Assembly (NCBI GenBank): GCA_036172245.1
Contig: JAYWIR010000089.1
Coordinates: forward strand, 248,001 to 280,930
DNA: 32,930 nt
Source: Raillietiella orientalis
Taxonomy: Eukaryota
Reading direction: 5' to 3'
The notes beneath the pieces are model-generated. The model was not told the origin of the DNA. It ran no database searches and worked only from the letters and a program-made list of their open reading frames with translations. Position numbers and translations under genes: made by a program. How positions within the stretch are numbered: position 1 is the first letter of the stretch; each line of letters begins with the position of its first letter. Below, one piece after another: positions 26,201 through 32,930 of the stretch.

Positions 26201-26952
26201 GAGTTTTGCAACCGGTTCCCCCTGCACCTGCTACCGCGCGGCTTTGGAGAAGGCGTGGCCAATAGCAGAGAATTTCTGCACGGCTCCTGCCGAAGTACGG
26301 CGAGCACTATGACGTCAATCTTCCTTTCTCTACGCCAAATCTCCGACGGAGAGAGCCCTCTCGGAACTACTTGTGCTTCGGGGTGCACAAGGAATCGATG
26401 AGGAGGAACGCGCTCGTCTCGACGAGCCCTTCTCGTTGGAGGAAGTTTCTTCCGCGATCGCAGGACTCAAGAGACGGAAGACGCTAGGTGAGGACGGGCT
26501 GCCCTCAGAGTTCTACAGAGCTTCGCGGCGGAACTCGCCCACTGGTACTCAGACTCTCGATGCTGATGAGGGTGACGGGCAATGTCCCTTCTTCATTCCG
26601 CTCAGCAAGGGTGCGTCTCCTTTCGGAAGGAGAAGATCTGCGCTATCTCAACAACTAGAGTCCGATCACGTTGGTGAATACGGACGTCAAGTTATTTGCG
26701 AAGCTGTGGGTCATGCGCCTAGGGAAAGTCGCGGAGTCCGTGGTATGCCCGGAGCAGTCTTACGCTGTACCGAGTAGATCCATGGATGCGAAAGTTTTTT
26801 TCGCGCGCACCTGGTGGCAGCTTCAAGAGCGCGTTGCGGCGGACAGCCGAACAGCTGCAAGACTTTCTGCCGACTGCGAGCGTTAGTACCGACGGACGTT
26901 AGAAAGGCCGGTAGCCTTTGCAGTAGCAGTAGATTTTCATAGAGCATTCGAT
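23256..26952 (+). mobile_element. 5' two-thirds of an L1/Tx1-type element (5'UTR, ORF1, APE, linker, RT N-half), pseudogenised and truncated at the DFxKAFD motif
   Basis: Putative ATG at 23324. QAYVATGYTPALRYK; knuckles CAECGQEGN..C and CCYCHEPGHKKVTC; APE VACWNVKG, LAILQEMH, NVNAP, SGDFNV, SEH; LDEPFSLEEV..GEDGLPSEFY; PITLVNTDVK; VDFHRAFD ending at 26952. Confidence 0.92.
24486..24766 (+). repeat. Short internal repeats in the Ala/Pro-rich ORF1 tail
   Basis: CCTACCGCGGCCAAGG at 24486-24501 and 24561-24576; CCGCGGACGCAGCGCC at 24547-24562 and 24751-24766. Confidence 0.8.
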
Positions 26953-27555
26953 TTTCACCAGGAATTTCTTGGGACGTTTATTAAAAACATAAGCTTTATA
27001 AGAAAAACGTCAGTGGCTGCAGCATTGCTGCAGCCAAGCACGAAGAACCACGGAGCCTGCCGTGATACCGGTTCGCAGACCGGTACGGTCCAACATGGCA
27101 GTAGGGGAAGGAGAAAAATACTAGAAAAAATAAACAAAGAGAAAAAAAGAGTGGGAGTGTACAAGGAGGGATCACTGCTGCTGCTGGGGCCGCATCACCC
27201 TTCTCTGGATGCCGGCAATCTCTTGTTACATTTGAGGATCCAGTTGGAACTTTCCTGACACCCTCCTCAGGAATCAAGAGGCGCACTGGATAGCAATATT
27301 TTCGCGAGCTCCTCCTTTAACTTTGCTCGCAGCAGCGACAATCCCGCGAAAACAGCACAAGGCCGCTATCGGGGCCGCTGGCCGGAAGGCGTCGGCAACG
27401 AACAAGGCTTTCAGAACGATCCTGGGGTTGCCGCAAAGAATTCAAATGGCCGCGGAAAAGCGAAACCAAATGAAGCCGAAGGGCAACACATTGCACATGT
27501 AGGTGGGGGATCAACTCCCGTTCCCTACACATAACACAATTGGGATTCAACGCTC
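26953..27555 (-). mobile_element. 3' fragment, family A (CCHC finger, 3'UTR, terminus)
   Basis: CVMCRERELIPHLHVQC; UTR homologous to 31883-32105; terminus AATAAACGTCCCAAGAAATTCCTGGTGAAA. Confidence 0.85.
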
Positions 27556-27559
27556 CCTC

Positions 27560-28575
27560 AGACCGCGGATCTGAGCGGGTGCTGAATGCTCCTGGCCCTG
27601 ATCGCCCAGAAAGCTGGCCGATTCTGACTGCCAGGCTTGCCTCTCGGCTCTCGTTTTGTATTCTTCCAGCCTGCGGATGTCGGGGGACCTGGCGTAACGG
27701 CGAGCCTCCAGATAGGCTCGTTCGTTACGTACCCGTCCCCAAATCCCGCAGGTAGGCGGTGCAGAGAGAACTGGTCGCAGAACTCCTGGACCGACCGTTT
27801 GAAGCGATCCAATCCTAAAGTCTTTGCATCTCGAAGCACCGTATAAACAGGCGAAGATGTTCCGTTGCTTCTGGGAGCTTCAGCTAGTCCCCTGGCAAAC
27901 GCGATGCTGCCGAGGGGGGGGCCCTGTCGCGCGGTTGGCTTTCAACCACGATTGGTCGATGGTCGGACAACTCGCACGGTAACTCGCAGCGTCTGCCCAC
28001 ACGAGTGCACAGGTGCTCGTCAAGGAACACGTGATCGATGTTGTCCTCCTTCCCTGCTACACTGGCCACCAAATTACAAGTGTGCTCCGCCGGGCACACC
28101 TCGTTGACTAGGTCCCGCTCGTGATTCGGCCCATCTCGTTTTAGGCGAACGTTAAAATCGCCTGCAACCAGATGGGCATTCCGCACGCCAGTCTCGCCGG
28201 AGGGCGAGGGAAAACTCTTTCCTCGCCCTCCTGGTCATCAGGTCCGCGCCGCTCGGTGCGTACACATTCGTGAAGATCAGATCGATCGAGTCGTACCACC
28301 TGAGAGTGAACTGGCCGACACGACCTTGATCGTCGAACCGCACGCCCCGAGCCGCGGCCTCGACGGCTGGCCGAAGCAGGTAGGCGACACCGCAACTTTT
28401 CGCTATCCCACACCTGTACCATAGCCGCCCTCCGGAGATCCGTTCGATCTCTTGCGCTTGTTCTGCAGAGATCACGTGGATATCTCGCAGCAGCACAAGG
28501 TCGTAGGACTCCAGAAGGGTGGCCATGTCTCGTCTCCTGCCTGCGTCTGTCATGCCGTTCACTTTCCAAACGGAA
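27560..28575 (-). mobile_element. APE endonuclease plus linker (possibly chimeric at ~28458)
   Basis: WKVNG, DLVLLRDIH, CGVAYLL, DDQGR, NVYAP, AGDFN, IDHVF, SDHRPI: the full APE motif series, with a frameshift. Confidence 0.92.
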
Positions 28576-29376
28576 AGTGGGAAACAAGATGTGCTGCTCT
28601 TTTTACATTGTGCATTACACTGTAATAGGCAGCGAAGCATCGTTTCCGGGGGAGCTGCTTTGCCAAACTGTTTAAGGTGCGTAGAGATCGAGTCACTTCC
28701 GCACCTTTTGCTGGACTGCGGTGACCTCCGGGAACTGTGGCCAAGGCTCACTTAGGCCATCATGCCACAAGGAGGCACTGCCATTGATGTGCTGCGGCGC
28801 TTCTTCAGCAGGAATGGACTTTCGGTTGGCGCGGTTGTCCCAACCATGTGTTGCGTTCGCGCCATCGTGAAGGCCCGCTACGCCCTGGAGTTGTCATCGC
28901 AGCGAAGGGAGGCTCACCTGCTTGCAGCTGAATCCATGGAGAAGGCTTCAAGGTGGTCTCATCTTCGTGACAAGATGAATGAGGACATCACCGGCATACA
29001 CCGCCGGTTTACACCCCTTTGAGAACGGCGTAATCCGAAGACCCCTGCGACCTCTCGCCCACTCATACTTCTTCTCCGTTCGCTCGGTAAAATTTCCGGT
29101 GCCCATGCTTTTATCCCCGTGTGTTCCAGAGCGATCCCAAAGACCCTTATCCCGTCCTCCTTATTCATTGTTTTTATTTTATTTTGGTTTCTTTGTGTTC
29201 CCCGCCCCCCCACACCGTTCACGAAACTGTTACTCTGGCCTGCGTGCCAGCAATATTTTCTTCATTCTTGTTCAGTCGTCGGTTGAGAGTTTGGTTTCCA
29301 ACTGGTTTATTTTGTATAATTGCTGTTTTTTGCTTATGTTATATGGAATAAACGCCCCGGCGTGACCGGGTGAGAA
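28576..29376 (+). mobile_element. 3' fragment, family B (second copy)
   Basis: CLRCVEIESLPHLLLDCGDLRELW; homologous to the reverse complement of 18981-19770; terminus AATAAACGCCCCGGCGTGACCGGGTGAGA. Confidence 0.88.
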
Positions 29377-29620
29377 ATCTCTTGCGCTCGTACAGTGCAG
29401 ATGTGTTTCCGCATCTATCCGCGCCAACGATCGGGCAACTTTGTGCCTGCGTCTTTGCTCGCAATTGTAAGTTCCTGTGCAATCTGCCAAGTAGCATAGT
29501 GCAACATGGCCAGTACACAGGATTGTGTGGAGTAGCAAGCCACTGGATGCACTTCAGCTGCACTTGAAGCGGCCGCATCCTCCGTAATGGTTTCCTCGCC
29601 CCCGGTGAGGAGTTACGCCG
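29377..29620 (-). mobile_element. ORF1 tail and APE N-terminus fragment
   Basis: Acidic EETITEDAAA, then LHTIL (compare SHTIF at ~18795), then TYNC..RRHKVARSL..ETH..AQEI (frameshifted). Confidence 0.6.
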
Positions 29621-30760
29621 CAGTTACCTCCCAAAGACCAGGACCCTGCGATGCGGAGTTCCAGGCGTATGTGTCATCAGGATACATGCCAGCACTCCGT
29701 CATAAGGTCAGTTGGCCCCTTAACAAGTAAATCCGTCGTGAGCTCAATGAGGAGCTCGTCCGGATCGGCGTTCGCGAGGAGGAACTCCTTGCCATAATGC
29801 CTGCTGGCAGGATGGAATATACGAAGATTCGGTGCAAGAACGCAGCACTTCTGCAGCGCCTTCTCCGTACGCTGTTGACCATCAATGGCAAGGAAGTCCT
29901 ACCTACCGCGATAAACGACTCTTTTGTCGTTCAATTGTGCGACATCGAACCGGAAATCTCCGACCGCGATGTCGTATGTGTGCTGGCGAAGTTCGCCACC
30001 GTGCACGCTCTGTGGAGGAGGCCAAATCCTCTTAAGGATTTCCCCTCTGTTCACATTGGACAAGCCTCCGCGAGGATCACCGTCGCGAACAGGCGTGTTG
30101 TGCCTGAGCAGCTGCAGGTGAACGGCACGGTCGTTCACCTGTGGTTCATAGGCCAGACTCGCGCGTGCGAGCAGTGCGGCAAGGATGGGCACCGAATTAA
30201 AAAGTGCCCCTCTCCAAGATGCCGCTATTGCAAAGATTCCGGGCACGAAATCAAGAAGTGCCCGGTCCTTGCAAGAAAAAGAGCCGCAGCGGAAATTCGT
30301 CGGGTTCAAGAGACCACTGCACGAAAAGCCGCAGCGGCAAATAAAAAACGTCGTCCGAAAAACTCGAAAAAAACCACGAGCGATCCGCGGATAAAAAGAA
30401 AGCATCCCCGCCCGCAACGCCCCGAAAGAAGAAAGTCACGCCGGGGAAGCCAATTAAAAAGGGGCGCGAGGGTTTGACGCGTGCCGTGCCTTCCCTCTCT
30501 GCCGAACTCGCAGGCACCTTTCCGAACCTGGAACCAGGAAATCTCCGTAACACCCTGGAGATAAAGGTAGGAAAACAGGAAGATCGCAACAGTGCGAAGA
30601 CTTCTTGCCCCGTTCTGTTGTCCCTTCCGAGTTCCGGGCAGCCCCACTGCAGCGCAGTCCCCACTGCAAAGGCTACGAAAGCCGTAAAAAGCAGCGTCGC
30701 GACGAGCAAAAGCACGCTGCATGCAGTCGCCCCATCGCCCAATCGGCAGTTTTCCCCAAG
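29620..30760 (+). mobile_element. ORF1 (gag-like, 2x CCHC knuckle), best-preserved copy but with stops
   Basis: QAYVSSGYMPALRHKV; ORF 29797-30477 with CEQCGKDGHRIKKC and CRYCKDSGHEIKKC; Lys/Arg-rich tail. Confidence 0.9.
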
Positions 30761-32930
30761 TCCCACGAGGGGTGGGGTAAATTTATTTTTCTGAAATTTT
30801 TCTATAAGAACATTCACACTACAATCTCATTCATACCATTAGCACTTTTTTTTACCACTATGAAGTCCTTGGGTTCTCACAAGTTCTGCAGACATGGTGG
30901 GTGTCCTGCTGTTTGGTCCCGGGCGTCGTCTTCTATCCTCTTCAGGATGAATCGGTATGTCCAGGCTTGGATTTTCCCACGGTTTCTAACGCCGATTTCC
31001 CTCTTCAAAAGCCCTTGTAGGATCTCCATCGGTGGTGCGGCTCTTCTGGCTTTCCTCATTTTTCACGACCGCAAAAGTATGGCGGTGATGAAGAGGGCGA
31101 TGGTCGTCCTCACAATGGGATTGTACCAGGGAACATTACCATCCCCCTGAAACATTCCGGCGATGATCTCCATTACGGACCTGGTGGTGAGTCCGATGAT
31201 CCTTTTCAGGATCAGCCAGTCATGCAGCAATGTGGGACACGCCAAGACGTGAAGTCTCGTGTCGATGTCTCCACATGCTGTGCAGTCTCGATCTTCCCTT
31301 CTTCCGGTGTAGTGCTGCAATCGGGACCCACTCTGGATTCCTCCATGATAAAACATCAGGAGGTCATCCCGGGTGCACGATGGAAGGTCACTCCTCCAGA
31401 GCGTCCTGCTAATCGCAAACAGGTTGATCCGGTCATTCCCGTATCGATCGGCGGTTTCCTGTGGGGCAATAATATCACTGACTTCTTCTTGAATTAGTCT
31501 TCGGAGGTTTGTTTTGGTTTCCCTGGACCACGCAAAGTCGTTGTGGTTGAACCACACTTCGCCAGTCATGTGGGCAAACCTTCCTAACATCATCTCTATA
31601 TACCTAAGTATACGAGTGTGATGTAGGTACCCTCGTCGTTTCCACTCCTGGATTTGTTGAAGGGTAACTCTGGACCGCTGATGGATCCAGCTTCTCGTGT
31701 CCGGCGGGACAGGAAGCATCCAAGGGATCACCAGGATGGACTCGTCCTGCCAGTGTTCCCTACTTCTCGGCAGGAACTTGATTTTGTGATTTCGCACCAG
31801 CCGTTGCTTCCTTGTCCAGGTTGGGTCGATTTTTTTCCATTCGCCTGCTCGGCCTAGCAGCGCAGTCATCAGACCTTTCGATTTTCACCCGGATTTCTCC
31901 GGGTCGTTTATTAAAAAAATAAACTTTGTAAACAACTTATTAATGGCTTTTGCAATGCTCCAGCCAGAACCTAAGAACCACGGCGCCTGCCAATTCACCG
32001 GTTTCTAGACCGGTACGGTCCACCAAGGCAGCAGGGGAAAGGGGAACAACAAAAAAACTAAACAAAAAAAACCAAGGGTGGGAGGGAACGGGAAGGGATC
32101 ACTGATACGGCCAGTCATCCCAGTGAGTGGCAATGTCCAGGATGTGTCGCATATCCATGATTTCTATCGAGTGTGCAAGCGACTCCATCCCGGAACCGCC
32201 TTCTTCCCTGGGACGAAACAAGGGTTTTAGTGGGACTCTGGGGCGATAGTGGCCGCACAGTGTCTTTCTCCGCAGCTTGTCGAACTCCCTCGTGGTGTCC
32301 TTGTTCATCATCTCGAAGGCCGCTTCGAAGAGCACTTTTGGGAGGAGTGCTCCGTTGCATATTTTGGCCTATCGCTTCATTCCAAGGTCAGTTCGGGTGT
32401 ACTTGGCTGCTTCCTTGGCCGTTTTCCCTAGGATCTCGGTCCACAATAGCTTCGACGCGGAGACGTCGCCAATGTAGACACCCAAATACTTGGCTTTGTC
32501 CACCGTTCGAAATCCTCTCCCCGATAGAGCGGAGAGATCAAGGATTCCGACGGGCAATAGCTGGCTTTTCTGGGTGTTGATCTTTAGACCCAGACCTCCA
32601 CTCATCAGGTCTACCACATCCAGAAACGCTCGTTGATTTCTCTCTCCCTGGATAAAGAAGAGTAAATCATCAGCGCATGCTAGATGGGTAAGACGCTGGC
32701 CATCGATTGTTATGCCTTGCAGTCGTCCGCGCTTCTCGATGAAGCACGACTACGCCTACCTGTAGATGACGAACAGCATCGGACTTCGCGAATCGCACTG
32801 CCGGACTCCCCGTTTCATCCGGATTGCTGCCGTCTCCTGGCTTTTGATTTTCAGTCGGCAGTACTCGTTCTGGAGTACCACCCTCACGAAGTTGCTGAAG
32901 TGTTCCGGAAGGCCTAGCTTCCTCAGAACC
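30760..32930 (-). mobile_element. Element family D: RT core to 3' end, pseudogenised, runs off the window
   Basis: RGVRQCDSRSP, LACADD (32666-32683), SGGLGLKINTQKS, KYLGV, PREEGGSG, finger CTACGDIDTRLHVLAC; AATAAA (30782-30787) plus hairpin. Confidence 0.92.
31883..32105 (-). mobile_element. ~220-bp 3'UTR-only insertion of family A inside family D ORF2
   Basis: Homologous along its whole length to 26953-27175; splits the host frame between ..HWDDWPY and KGLMTALL.. Confidence 0.85.

Noticed and set aside
20855..26952. Single 5'-inverted element comprising family C and the plus-strand element
   Set aside because: Their overlapping RT segments differ at many synonymous sites, indicating separate lineages.
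1..32930. Prokaryotic systems (CRISPR, retron, DGR), tRNA or rRNA genes, and the many short ORFs in the track
   Set aside because: No repeat-spacer array, operon structure or RNA-gene signature was seen. The RTs are LINE-type with APE, and most short ORFs are off-frame or antisense shadows of retroelement relics.

Overview
Eukaryotic (probably arthropod, judging by the HUWE1 fragment) repeat DNA with no intact gene. Nearly the whole window is nested, decayed non-LTR retrotransposons of L1/Tx1-type architecture: ORF1 with two CCHC knuckles; ORF2 with APE endonuclease, RT and a C-terminal CCHC finger. Copies at 17.2-32.9 kb are younger, GC-rich and clearly readable. Those at 1-17 kb are old and only weakly recognisable. 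An intronless, AT-rich, stop- and frameshift-containing HUWE1 (WWE region) fragment of about 1.4 kb sits inside the zinc-finger region of one old element. Main patterns: (1) element 3' ends lack poly(A) and finish with AATAAA plus a short hairpin; (2) four young 3' junctions and one old one abut ATC-NNN-WG-N-KCT, and the four young ones lie inside other retroelements, suggesting sequence-specific nesting; (3) recurrent head-to-head junctions resemble 5' inversion (twin priming), one with a perfect 12-bp target-site duplication (TSD); (4) all ORF1 pieces are on + while most 3' ends are on -. All alignments were done by eye and boundaries are approximate.
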